Shown here: positions 12,301 through 24,985 of the stretch, piece by piece
Position numbering within the stretch: the stretch's first letter is position 1
Layout: every line of letters begins with the position of its first letter
Assembly: GCF_009834535.1 (NCBI RefSeq)
Contig: NC_045708.1
Span: 55,676,001-55,740,000, forward strand
Direction: 5' to 3'
DNA length: 64,000 nucleotides
Source: Camelus ferus
Taxonomy: Eukaryota
Program-made: the position numbers and the translations under genes
Notes under the pieces: model-generated
Told to the model about the DNA's origin: nothing
Databases searched by the model: none
What the model saw: the letters and a program-made list of their open reading frames with translations, nothing else

Positions 12301-15300
12301 CCATGTTGGATTAAAAAAAGAAGACGGCAGAGACAAAGTGCAATGAACATTCCAACTGTAAATGATGTGGCGGGTTTATCATTTTTTGTCACTTTGGGAT
12401 ACACCTATCCACTATCCAGATATTGACAATTTTACTTCCAGCATTTTGTACTCTGCCTTTGATGAAAAAAGGACTGAGTTATCAGGGAGTGCTAAGGATG
12501 TGATCATTCTTTCTATACCACATTTCAGTATGCTCTGTCACTACAGAAAGACTTCTTTACATTAAAAAGCATAAATTAATAAGTCTAAACCAAAAAAAAA
12601 AAGTTTTCTAAACTTTGGAACAATCTTTCCAAACGTACAACATTCTCCTGCCTTTCTTCTCGTCATAAACTATAATGCTCCCATTCTTCCAGTTCCTCAA
12701 AGCAAATTTACAGATGAGTGTGACTATCTCTACTTAGAGCCAAGTGCATCTTTCACACAGGGAGCCAACTGCACGTGGGTTGAGTGACGAGCCTTTGGAG
12801 GACTCCAAAGAGCCGTATCATTTAATCCTCATGCATGACTGAGGGGTATAAAATCCCCATTTCACCTCGAGGACTAGTGCACAACCCCCAAACACCCACA
12901 CCAACAAACAGCGACTCAGGATGAGATTTAGCAAACCAGAGGGTCTATCAACTGAAATTTTCCACTCTAAAACAATTTCATTAGAGATGTCAGTGCCAGA
13001 CACGGTATTTTATAGCTGACTTCCCCCAAATTACAATGCAGCTCAGAATCTAAGTCTCTATTATAATCTTTGGCAGAAGTTTTTAAGACCATTTTTATTT
13101 ACTCCAAACTTTATTTGAACAAAGTCAGCACGGGCCCTTTGCAATCTTTACGTCAAGTGTTTCATGCTGTATGTAATTAAGGAAGCAGTGGAATTCAAAG
13201 GAAGCACCTAGAGAAAGAATCAGGGCATCCCACACTGATTGGTGGAACTTTAAGGATTTAAAATTTCTGTTTTGTTGTACAATTGCACTTTATTACCACT
13301 TTGTTCTTAAAATGTAATAAATACGAACTGCTTCAGTAGTGATGAGAAAGCTTCCTCAGCTTTAATGCACCCTTTTATTTGCTACTGAAACTTTTATTAT
13401 CTCCAAATGGTAGCAAAGACAAGAAAAATAATGATTACTTATTTTGAGGCAAAATGAGCAATTTGAAAATTTTTTTTCTTGGGTGAATTTTGAGGCATTT
13501 AGAGTTGTTATAATTATGTTTATCGTTTTCATTTATTTTTGATGAACTAAAAACAAAAAAATACATATAGACACTATCACAAAATTATTTCCTACTTATA
13601 TATCAAAATACTAGATAGCGACGTACAGGTATCATCTGTCAGAGGTTGGTCTGATCTGGATAAAAATTTCTACGTGCTCAAGGCCCCCACACCTCTCAGA
13701 TGTAGCCCATGAGAGGCAGTGCAGAGTAAGGGTGAACCACACACGCTCTGCAGCCAGACGCTCCTTGGCTCTTTATTCCAGCCCTGATTCCTTGAAATTC
13801 CTTATCCGTGAAACCTCTGGAAACTTCTCCATCCTCAGTTTCCTCATCTGTGAAAGTAAGGGTGACTAGAATCTGCCTCGTGGAGTGGGTGGGAAGAGTA
13901 ATGAGGTAGGCATTCCTTGTAAAACAACAGACTTGAGCCTGCCACAGGGCGAGCACTTGATAAATGTTTAGCTCTAATAGGGTTTTCTTTTGTGAATCCA
14001 CCCACCTCTAGACTGCATGCCCGGTATGAGATTACCGTTTGTTGAGCATTCCTGTACACAAGACACTGTCCTAGGCAGAGGGGGCACAAAAATGAATGAG
14101 ATACAGTGCCTACAATTTTCGTGCAAGATTATCATTGCATCTTCTTGTCTTCCTTGCAGAGTACCATGAAGCATACTCTTTCATTACATGGCACCTTTTC
14201 CTTTTTTTTCCATGTGCTTGGAACCAATGGAGCTTCAAAAGAATTTCACTTCAGTTTCTGAAATCTTAATCATGCACAATTTAATAAGCAGCTACAGGTT
14301 TTTCCACATTTGAAAATAGATGATTAAATGGTCTAATCAGATTCTAACTTAGCCAAAAACTTGAAAAACATAGGAAGACAACCATGACTGACACATTCAT
14401 TTTCCTGAAAGTAGACATACTACAAACAGCAGCTGCAGAAACACAGTGCCATTTACATCCCACTGACCCACAGCAACTAAAACTGCACAGAAGATCAGCA
14501 TCAAAGCATTAAAGTACCTAAAATAAATTCAATTTGAGATAAAATGAGAAGCTGGTCTAGGCACAGCTATCTCATTTTCCAAAAAGTTCTCAAACTGACT
14601 TCCAATATGGCACCCTTACATGCCTTTAGTTTTTTCAAACATTTCATTTATGTCTTGCACTCAGAAAATTCATTAAAAGTAAAATCTTTAAGCTTGACTA
14701 TAAATCCAAAGCCCAACGACTAATGGGGTATTTCAGACATCACAAAACTCCGAATTATCTTAAATATGTTGTCCTCTGCTAATTTGCTGCTCTTGAAAAT
14801 GTGCAATAAATTCAATTAAAAAGGAAAGCATCTTCAAATCAGTTGCAAGATCAACCAGGATATTATCTGCTTACTCGATGTATCATAATAAAAAACCATA
14901 TAATATGCATTACATTGTTTAATTCTGAAGGAAATTGGATATTCTCTCTTCCAATAAAAGGACCCAGACCGTTTAGGGGTTGTTTTTTGCTGTTGTTTTG
15001 TTTTTGTTTTTAAACAATCATAATGACTGTGTTAACTTTCTAAAATAGATCGAATAATTGCCAAAATATGTCTTCTGCGGAGTCACCCTGCCCGAAGGGA
15101 CGGGAGCTCCTGTGTAAACACGCAGACACACAGCTTCTGCTTTCCCTCCTGCGTCACATCACCTCCCAGGGTCACAATACTTTTAAAATACCCACTATGA
15201 TCCTATGATCCTTTCGAGATTGGGCAGATAAAAATCCTGAAATAAGGGGCACCCCTCTCCCCCTGAAACCTCCCTCAATGTTAAATCAACTCACACCTCA

Positions 15301-15731
15301 TTTGGATGCAAGACGCCAGAGTGAGAATTTATCTCTAAGCCCCAATTCTCCAAATGAATGCCTATTTTGGTGACCTCTACTTTTGCATTTCAACACATGT
15401 TCCACAGCAACAGGAGCCTCTTGATCCCAGCTAACATCCCTGCTTAATGCATGCGTTTTTCACAACCATTTTTTTTTAATCCTTTCAGAGTGAAGCTTTC
15501 AAAGAGGGCGAACGTCGGTGAAAGAAGTGAGGAAAGGGAGGGAGGAGATTGGAAACCTGGGAATTCTGCCATTCTTGCTGTAACCCAGAATCCGGATTAT
15601 TTTTCTCCTCTCTCCAGCCCCACCTCTCTCCCCGCCTCGCCCCTTCCCTCCGCAGCGGGAGGGGGGGCGGCGGGGCTGCTGGCTGAAGCCGCCACCTGCC
15701 GCGGCGTGGAAAAGCTCCAGTTGTCACTTAC

Positions 15732-15754
15732 CCAGCGGGGTGAGAATAGCTCAT
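15732..15754 (-). CDS. ERICH3: ERICH3 first coding exon segment (23 nt): MSYSHPA-G(split), followed by intron 1
   Basis: ATG (A at -3) AGC TAT TCT CAC CCC GCT GG|GTAAGT. Matches the recalled ERICH3 N-terminus (MSHSHPAG). Lies in a CpG island ~34 kb downstream of CRYZ on the same strand, as in the human CRYZ-ERICH3 synteny. Exon 2 not found in the window. Confidence 0.85.
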
Positions 15755-15938
15755 TTTTGCAGGATCCCTTTTGGACCCGCGGCAGCTGCGGAGGGTGGGT
15801 GCGTGGGGCCCGTGCACGCTGACGCCGCGACAGTCGCGCTCGCGGGGTGGCTCCGCACTGCGGTCGCCCGTGCGCGGGGCGCCTGAGCTGCGCGCAGCCT
15901 CCCGGCCCCCACCCGCCCGCGGTATCCACAGCCTCGCG

Positions 15939-15948
15939 GTTGCTAAGG
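15939..15948. promoter_or_regulatory. RFX-type half site GTTGCTAAGG (CCTTAGCAAC)
   Basis: Matches the RFX half-site pattern, ~190 nt upstream of the ERICH3 ATG; the second half of a full X-box is degenerate. Confidence 0.4.
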
Positions 15949-17689
15949 CTGCGGGGAAGGCGAGCGCTCAGGTTCTGGGGAAGCCCTGGCGCTGCTGGAA
16001 CGGAGCTTGGGGAAGCTGGAAGTGAGGTTAAGCTTCCAGCCCTTTTTCTGGGCCCAGATGGGGGAGGAGACCGCGGCCCATGCTCTGTTGTTCTGCGGCA
16101 CGGTTTCTCTAGGCACCTGAGATCCGAAAACACACACAAACACACACACAAACACTCACTCCTGTTTAGGCTGGTATGCTTCCTGCTAAGCCCTAGGGAA
16201 GGAAGGGCTGGCTGGTGGCTGAGGGTAAGGTAATGAAAAACAGGAAGCAGCTACATTGTGATGCCTTGGTTTCCAGTTGTAAAACAGCCCCTAGATTGCA
16301 AGTTGGAGGGAAAGAAAGAAGTTTTGGGTTTGGATTTTGTTTCTGCATCAAGAGATTGCAATTGGTGGATTTCCTCCTTGGAAAACCCCTATCCTTGCTC
16401 CCAGCACACAGTCCTGACATTCAGCAGGTGGGAAAGATGTGATTACTCCAGGAAGTGTGCTGGAACTTGTACTTGCATCCAGCAGGGAGAGTGCAGGGCT
16501 CAGTGAAGAAGCCTGGATTGACATGAAAAGGCCTTGGTGTGGAGGGAGTTTAAAGCGCTGAATTCAAATGAGCTCTTCCTAGTCCTGTTTTTGCTTTGTC
16601 ATGTTGTTTGCTGGGTGATTTGCTGTCTGGCCTCAGGTTTCTCACAGATAAGTGAAGGGTTGGGCACATCCATGGTGACTGGGCTCTCTCTGTGGAGCTC
16701 AGTGCTAGCTCAGTCACACTTACAGGTGGGAAGGGTGTCCTCTCATGAATGGCATTCTGCTTTCCCACACATCACAAAGGCCCACAAGCATGTCAGAGTC
16801 CAATCTCCTTCACGTAACATTCAAGGCCCTTCATCATCTGTCCCCAGCACCCTTCAACAGCCTCACTGTGACCACTTTCTCCACCTCTGCTACCCTAAAC
16901 TCTAGCAAAACCAAATCTTGCAGTATCCCTCTCATGAGAATGTGTTTCCATCCTGTCTACCTGACAGACTCCTACTCATCCTTCAATATTTACTTCAAAC
17001 CCTACTTTCCTTCAAGTTCCCAGGTGTGCTGGTGACTCCCACCACTGGGGGCCCATGCTGCCTGGGCATACCCTCTGTTTTACACTCACTCATGGACCTG
17101 TGGTGGCCTTTTCTATTTGATCATGAGCTTCTCTACTTCATATTGTATACCTATTTTATTTTTCTGCATTCTTACAAGCAAAGAGCAGTTCAACAAATGT
17201 TTGGAGTATAAAGGAAGGAAAAAAAGAGAAAAAATTCTTCAAAGTGGTAGCATTTTTATTGGGGACTTACTAAATGCTCTGCTCAGTCTTTTATGGAGCA
17301 CTTACTAACTGCTCATTATCTCATTTAACCCTCACCTCTACTCTCAGGAGTAGGTTTTCACCTCCATTTCATAAGACAAACTAAGACACAGAGAAGTTAA
17401 TTATTTTGCCTGAAGCTCCTAAGTGGAAAAAGCAGGATTCAAATACAAATCTGTCTGATTCCCAAGCCCCTTGGTGGTTTTAACAATTACAAATTCCTTT
17501 TCCAGTAACTCTTGTGAATTGCTACAGAAGTCAAATGTTCTATATACTATCAGAGTTTCCTGACCTGAAAGACCAAGAGCCACCCCAGTGGAGACAAAAA
17601 AGGGTTCTAGCTCAATAGCTTAGATCCTGAGACTGAGGACTCAAGCCTGCTTTGACTCCCACTCCTGGGCACATATCCGGAGGAAGCCC

Positions 17690-18290
17690 TAATTTGAAAN
17701 NNNNNNNNNNNNNNNNNNNNNNNNNNNNNNNNNNNNNNNNNNNNNNNNNNNNNNNNNNNNNNNNNNNNNNNNNNNNNNNNNNNNNNNNNNNNNNNNNNNN
17801 NNNNNNNNNNNNNNNNNNNNNNNNNNNNNNNNNNNNNNNNNNNNNNNNNNNNNNNNNNNNNNNNNNNNNNNNNNNNNNNNNNTTTGCAGCAGTATGGGTG
17901 GACCTGGAGACTGTCATATTAAGTGAAATAAGCCAGAGAGAGAAAGAAAAAAAAATCACATGATATCACTTACGTGTGGAATCTAAAAAAATGACACAAA
18001 TGAACTTATTTACAAAACAGAAGCAGACTCACAGACATAGAGAACAAGCTTGTGGTTACCAGGGGGAACGGGGAGGGGGCAGAGAGGTAAATTGGGAGTT
18101 CAGAATTTGTATATACTAACTACTATATATAAAATAGACAACAAGGTCCTAGTGTCTAGCACATGGAGCTATATCCAGTACCTTGTAATAGCTTATAATG
18201 AAAAGGAATATAGATGTATGTATAACTGAGCCACGTCAGAAACTAACACAACATTGTAAACTGACTATATGTCAAGTAAAAAAAAAAAAG
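17690..18290 (+). mobile_element. L1 3' portion (ORF2 C-terminus, partly N-masked, plus 3'UTR and poly-A)
   Basis: Peptide FAAVWVDLETVILSEISQ matches the L1 ORF2 C-terminal motif; 3'UTR related to the copies at 460 and 36340; A-tail at ~18278-18290. Confidence 0.85.
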
Positions 18291-18659
18291 CCAGCACAAA
18301 CATTTTTTTAAAAGGCTACTTTGGGGAGTAGATGGTTAGAGGAGCTAAAGAGAGGCAGAGGTCATCAAAGAAGGAAGATGTGAGATGTGAACATGGCACC
18401 TTCTGCCTAAACAAAGTAGCCTTATAGGTACCTACTGGCTCCTGCCCCTATAAGCTTACCCCCACTGCCTGTGGTTGCCGTTGGAGGGTGTCCTTAATGC
18501 TTTGTAACTAGATTTGGCCTGGATAAAAATTTGGAGGGAGGGAGAAGGGACTAAAAAGAGACATAATTTTCCCAAGTGCTACCAACCCCTAAGGATGGTG
18601 TAAATAATATAATCTTATATAAGTACTAGTTGTTATGTATTAATTCATTTGTGCAAATA

Positions 18660-18930
18660 GAAAACGGTATTCTCACACTGGTGGAATGAGAAAAGAAATT
18701 AAAATACACTATTTAGAGACTCGGGGTTCTGTAGAAAAGAATCCCTGGCACTCAGCAGACAGCAAGGTACCGTCAGCAGCNNNNNNNNNNNNNNNNNNNN
18801 NNNNNNNNNNNNNNNNNNNNNNNNNNNNNNNNNNNNNNNNNNNNNNNNNNNNNNNNNNNNNNNNNNNNNNNNNNNNNNNNNNNNNNNNNNNNNNNNNNNN
18901 NNNNNNNNNNNNATTTAGCCAGAAGGAATT
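18660..18930 (+). mobile_element. Possible CR1/L3 reverse transcriptase relic (partly N-masked)
   Basis: HYLETRGSVEKNPWHSADSKV loosely resembles the CR1 RT motif WLxxSxxEKDLGVLVDxKL. Confidence 0.35.
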
Positions 18931-19266
18931 TTTATGTTAATTTCTAGTATGGAGATAGGAAAAGAGAAAAAAGAAAAAGAAAAAAAATGTAAATTAAACT
19001 GTTTCAGAGACCAAATATTCACTGGAGTCATTTTCATTTTCTCACAGGAAAACAAGTCCTCAGATGTCCACAGTAGTATCATAAATTTATAAAAAGACTG
19101 TTTTGTAGAAAGACTCATGGAGTTGGGGTTTGGGGGCAGGAGATTGACAGAAGCAGGAGAAAAGAAAAGAGAAGGATTACTCCCACAGTGCTCATTGGAT
19201 CACTGCTTTGGTTGAACAGGAGCTAGACTTAGGGATCACAGAGCTAAACCATCAGCGACCGACAGT

Positions 19267-19597
19267 CAGGGGTAGGAAGTCTATGGCTCAAGAGTCAAAT
19301 CCAGGCCACTGCCTATTTTTGTAGTCCACAAGCTAAGAATGATTGCTACATTTGTAAATGGCTGAAAAAAAAAATCAAAAAAGAGCATCTTTATATGATA
19401 CATGAAAATTACATGAAATTCACAATCAAAATCCATTAAGTTCTGTTGGAACACGGCCACACATTTGTTTATAAATCTCCTGTGGCTGCTTGGTGCTACA
19501 AAGGCAGAACTGAGTAGTTACCACAGTGCCATTATGACTTGTAAAATCTAAAATATTTACTACCTGGCCCTTTACAGAAGAAGCTTGTCGACCCCCG
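19267..19597 (+). mobile_element. MER58B-like hAT-Charlie non-autonomous element
   Basis: CAGGGGT…GACCCCCG termini; diagnostic AAAATATTTACTACCTGGCCCTTTACAG block. Confidence 0.8.
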
Positions 19598-20295
19598 GCT
19601 TAGATTATCACTGCAATCAGAGAGATCATGTACCCTCTTGGACTTTGAGAACAGATACCACATTGTTCACCTTGTATCACCAGCACCTACCACAGTGCCA
19701 CTCACAGAGTACGTGCTCAATAAACAAACAAAGGAACGAATAAACAGTTGGGAGTAATAAGTTTTCCCACGGGTTTATCTTTCTCCCACAAATAAAGATC
19801 AAGTCATCAAGATTTTCTCCTCAGATGTAACAGACATGCATGATGATCTGATGTGACCCCAGGGCTCCCTTCTTTTATCAGCACCATATAAAACCCCAGT
19901 CGGAAGTAGGTAATGTACGCATTTCAACAGGACACCATCGTCAGATGGTTAAGTTTTCAAGAGAGCTTCCTAATACTTTACATCCTCCAGCATTAGCGTG
20001 GGTCCTTCAATGCTGTAGCACTGAGAAGCTGGAGAAGGATTTAACATCAAACCCAGCTTTCCCTGATAAGCTTCCCTAATTAGTTAATTCCAGCGAGCCT
20101 TTTAGTGAAGCACAGTGTTGGGTATAGGAAAGGCTGAGAGGGCTCGTGCAATGGATAGAGTGACAATCTCAAGGGACATTCCTAATTTAGAGTTCTGAGT
20201 AACCCAGATAGGCATGATGTCTCCAGATCTATCTACCCCTACTTCTGAGCTGCAGGGAATCTGCAGACAGATCAGTTAGAATGGAGCTGTCAATG

Positions 20296-21044
20296 TGTAA
20301 CCAAGCAGGACCCTGTTGTCATCATCAGTGACCATCTGATGTCTGTAATGGTGTTTGTAACTGCTTCATTGTATAATGGTTTAAAGGATTTTTCTCATGC
20401 TCTTCCTGACCAGCATTGGGCTGGACAGGAGTGGGGTTTGGGTGGTTCACCCAACCCTCTCATGGTGCTGTGTACAGAGATCATGCTCGGTGTCCTGCTC
20501 TTGTCCACAGGGTGCTCCTCTTTGACCCCTTATGGTTTCCTTGTATCTTGTTGTTTGAGCTGCAGGCCTCAGCCTGCAGCAGGAGGTCCCAGGCCTTAGC
20601 CAGCTTAAAAGGCTAAAAGCATTTATCAACCTGACTATATAGCTTTTCTGTAGAGCTCTTTTCCTTGAAAATCCTTCCTATGCATCCTTTGTTCTAGGTA
20701 CAAGAATATTAATAAAATCTCAAAGCTGGAGGTGAACTTCACACCCAGCAGAGGGAGGGGGACCAATGCATTCGCAAAAACAAGAACAACTTTGCAACAA
20801 TTTGTTACCCTGTATGTGATCTCTATGGAAACTAGCCTCATCCCACCCTTGAATTCTTGAACTTTTACTACAAAACCCCCTGCTTTCTTTCCCCAGTAGG
20901 CTCACGGTCTTAGAGACATTAGTCCACTGTGATCTCCTTTGCCTGGCAAAGAAATAAAGCTGCCTGCCTTTTCTACTTCATCCAAAACTCTGTCCTTGAG
21001 TCTCAGTTCAGTAAGTGGGGTACAGAGGCCATGTTTCAGCAACA
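20296..21044. mobile_element. Composite ERV1-type LTR: plus-strand LTR (AATAAA ~20955, ends …CAGCAACA) apparently containing a minus-strand LTR piece (~20314-20602)
   Basis: TGTAACC start, CA end, degenerate 4-bp TSD AATG/AGTG; the inner segment shares motifs with the LTR at 21458. Confidence 0.55.
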
Positions 21045-21457
21045 AGTGGACTTATTTAGTGGCCCGGGGAAATCAATGGTATTTACTATGCTTGAGGTCT
21101 CAAAGATGAACAGGGCTCCTGTCTGCCCTTAAGCTTGAAGTCTGTTAGCTACATAGACATGCAGACAAAGAATGACAAAGTAAAGTGCAGTTGATGGAAG
21201 TACGTATAAGGTGCAATACAGAGGTGCCTTCTGACTAACGTTCCTGTCCTACCCTTACCCGCCACCATTTCCAGCCATGTACCCACTCTTTGTGGTGCTG
21301 CACACCAGTTCTCACTGCTCACATTATTATTTCATCTAGCCTTGACACCCTGGTTGTTCCTCACAATCTCTCCCAGGGATTCTACACCAGGAGAGGGAAG
21401 AGACTGGCCATGATAGGGGAGAAGACAGAAACATCGAGGCCGTTGGGGAGGCATAAC

Positions 21458-21929
21458 TTACTGACCTGGGTTCTTGGACTCCAGTCAATAGAAATTGGTA
21501 AGAGGCCGGACAAGAAATTCTGGTAAGGCTTTATTGGGATTCGTGCTACAGCACGACGGAGCAAAAACAAGTAACAGACTCCCTTGCTTGCTCCCTGGGG
21601 GGGGGGGGGCAGCTGGTCCCTTAAAATGAGGTGATAGTGGTGGCAGACCCATGGGTTGGGCCAGAGGAGTGGCTTAGATGGTCTGCCTACCCCCTTGGTG
21701 GTGCCATGTGCAGGGATCACGAGCAGTACCCTGCTTTTGCTCCCAACACCTCAGAAGTGGCAGTTGGGTTTCAGTCTTTTTGTATCTTGTTGCTGATAGT
21801 TTGCCCCAACTCTGCACGTGTGCAGGCATTTTTGGTCCCTTATAGTTTCTTTGTATTCTGTTGCTCCAGGAGACACTAGTCCAGGTGCAAGCACTGCAGC
21901 AAAAGGTCCCGGGTCCCAGGCCTGTCTCA
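21458..21929 (-). mobile_element. ERV1-type solo LTR (cetartiodactyl family)
   Basis: Minus strand begins TGAGACAGGCCTGGGACC; AATAAA at 21530-21535; degenerate TATA; far terminus eroded, no clear TSD. Confidence 0.7.
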
Positions 21930-24900
21930 TGACCACCAAGAGATCAGCAAGGATAATAAAGGATACTTGTTTTTCAATTGTTTTCAAATAATTCTATTAC
22001 TGGTAAATACACTCCATAGCCCCACCCCAAAAAGCTTGTCTAAGAAAGTCAGGGAAGGAGTCACAGGGGAGGCAGTGCTTAAGACGAGCCTTCAAAGATT
22101 TATAGGAGTTGGCCAGGTAGATGGAGCTTAAGGGGAAGAGACGTGTCTTCCCCAAGCCAAGACCTCCCTGTTTAAGGCTCTTAAGCTGACGATGGACTCA
22201 GCCAGTGTCTGTCGACCCTGCCCTGACTTATGCACCTAAACATTAATGGAGGTTGTTACCTGGAACAGGAAAAAGGAATAGGTGGAAAAGAAGAGGTAGG
22301 AGATGAACGCTTCGTCAGGGAAATGGGCACTGAAGAGGGCTCAGGCGTGTCAAACCCTCTGCTGCGGGGCACCTCCTCTTCCCACAGGACGTCTGTCCCA
22401 CTCTTGCTGCACACGCACGTACTGTGTTTGCACGCAGGTCTTATCTCCTCCAACAACAGGCTAAGTTCTGCTCTCTCCTTCGGTGCCACCCAAACTGCCA
22501 TTAATTTAGGAAGCATTTAATAAGTGCTTGTTGAATAAGCGATATAAGGAGTGTAATCCACGTTTTCCCGAACACTCCATTTGGAGGAGAGGATACGAAG
22601 CAGGTGATATTGTAAAAGTCATAAATAACTATTTCTCTGCCTCTGGCTCCACCCATGTGTCAGTCAATCTGTTACAGGTTAACGAGCTTGCTATGTCTGT
22701 GATTATCCACCATTAGCCAAAAATGCTTTCCAAGTCACACGCACTGGATCTGGGGAGGGACACTGAGCAGAGCCGTCACAGTGGCCTGATGCAATGGGAG
22801 GCTAGGTCTGCTTACTCGATCCAACGTTAGATGGTTGACATTACTGTCTGCTGTGAAACAGAGTGCATATGCCGAGAACATGGAGCTCCACATAGGCTCC
22901 ACTCAGCCTAATACCAGAGACTATGCACTGACTGTCCTTGGTACCAGGTGCTATGCTAAGGGCTTCACTCTTGAAATCCTCACAACTGTCAGGTAGGTGT
23001 TATTTTTATTCCTATTTTACAGATGAAGAAACCGAGATTCAGATAAGTTAATTATCACCTATTAAGTGGCACAAGTGAGACTCAAATTCCATTTTCCATG
23101 ATCCCGGCTACACTTTTAAATAATTTGCTCTCTTCCCTCCCGCTTCCCAGAGGCGAGGGAACGTGACCACACGTGGGGAGGGCTCTAACTGTAAGGCCAC
23201 TGATCTTAGTGCAAGTTGTGCTCGGTGGTCCCAGACTTTCTCCCAACTTCCCCACGTGCGGCGGCTCAGTGATGCTGCTGGTGAAGCGAAATCAAAAACC
23301 AGCAGTTTCACCTTTTACCGCACATCTGTTTTCTGACAAATAAGTAGAATGTTCCACGTCCTCTAACCCTTACAAGCAACCATCCCTAAAGTTTTACATC
23401 TTCATTTGGTTTAAACCGCACTGGCCTTGGCTCTCCCATGGCAGCAAACAGCACTGATCTTCAAGCATGCTGGGATCATAAACTGCTGACTAAACGGTCC
23501 TGTTATCCAGCCAGAAGGAAAGAGGGGATGTGTACACTCTATACAATGAAGCTGATTGCATAGGAAAAAACACAGCACCTCTTAAAATCAGGTGAGAAGT
23601 AGCTTCGTGGAAATGAGCAGAAGACTGAGATTATTCTTATGGGACATAATCAAGCTCATGAAACAAACCATCTGAATCACAGTGCCTATTTTTAAATAAA
23701 AACACAGCTTTATTACTTACATTACTTACAAATTAATATTATAACTCAAACGAAATTAAGGTTTTAAGATTAAGGTCTTAAAATCAAGGTGCTACGTGAT
23801 AAAGTCCTTGAGAAACAAATACTGACTGAAGATTCTTTTTTTTTTTTTGGTAATAACATATCAGTTTCATCTAAATAAGCACCCCAAAGGAGTTTGAATA
23901 TGCCTTCACTTAATAATTGCTCAGCCAGCACTTTCTCTCTAAAAGCAGAAAGGTTAAAAAAAGTTTTGTCATTGTCAGAGTGATCACGGATTCTGAATTA
24001 ATGACTTTCCTATCACAATGAAAGAAATGGACATGTGGACCTAACATCAACCGACATACAAAAGGGAAAACACTGTTCTGGACTGGGAGCTGGAGACAGA
24101 GATGGTCCACCAGTCAACTGTAGGAAACCCCCAACAGTGAAAATAAATCAATAGGTAGGCAGAAACAGCAAAGCCATGAGCTCTTGAGCTCTGCAAATTC
24201 ATCTGGAATGAAAAATCTGGTGATCCCTTGAGATATGGACAGTTCTGTAATACAAGCCCACAACTGACCCAAAGTCAGAATTGTGGGATTTCTCCCTTCC
24301 TGTGAGTTTCCTTTTTGAGCAACCTTTCCTTTCATTCAGTAAAGGCCACTTCAGATTCCACAATGTGGTGGAGGAGGAGGAATCATGACTACAAGGTTTG
24401 TTGTCTGCACCTCTGCAGGGCTGTCACCACAGCAAGTTTTAATCCCTGAGCTAAGGTTGGTCAGGCGGGGACGCGGAAGGAGGGCTCTGATGGGCTGGAG
24501 TGCCACATCATGGGACAAGGAAGCAGGAAGTGTCGTGGCTTTGTCCATCTGACATGTTCTACAGGCTCACACAGCCTCAGCTGAATGCCAAAGGGGAAGA
24601 AAGCGAAACTTTGTGGTGTGGAGACATTTTGGCAAGCAGGGAAGAGCAGTCAAGCAGAGAAACACAGCTTTACTGACTTAAAAGGCAATAAATGACAAAG
24701 AAAGAGGCAGCGTCTTAAATGGAAGGTACTTTCGCAGTTTCAATTATCCACAGTCACAAAAAGTAAGAACCATATAAATCCCCTTCACTTAGCTTGGCAT
24801 CACGTCTTTGCACTTAGACTTGAGTGGTTATGCTTGTGTGATGTTTAGACTGTGAGAATTGTCTTCAGAGGTACTGATGAGGCCATGTTATAAAGAACTG

Positions 24901-24985
24901 GTTGGAGAAGAGGTGAGAGTGTCTGGCTCTCCTATTTCACCCAAATGTGAATCAGAGACCTGAGTTTGAGGGGGAATCCTGTCAC

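Larger units (their letters stand above)
15560..16120 (-). promoter_or_regulatory. ERICH3: CpG island: ERICH3 promoter / 5'UTR
   Basis: Dense CpG and GC-box-like tracts around and upstream of the ATG, in an otherwise AT-rich, CpG-poor background. Confidence 0.85.

Noticed and set aside
15451-16233. Multiple 80-184 aa ORFs over the CpG island
   Set aside because: Expected in GC-rich, stop-poor sequence; low-complexity translations with no recognisable homology. The real coding part is the 23-nt ERICH3 segment
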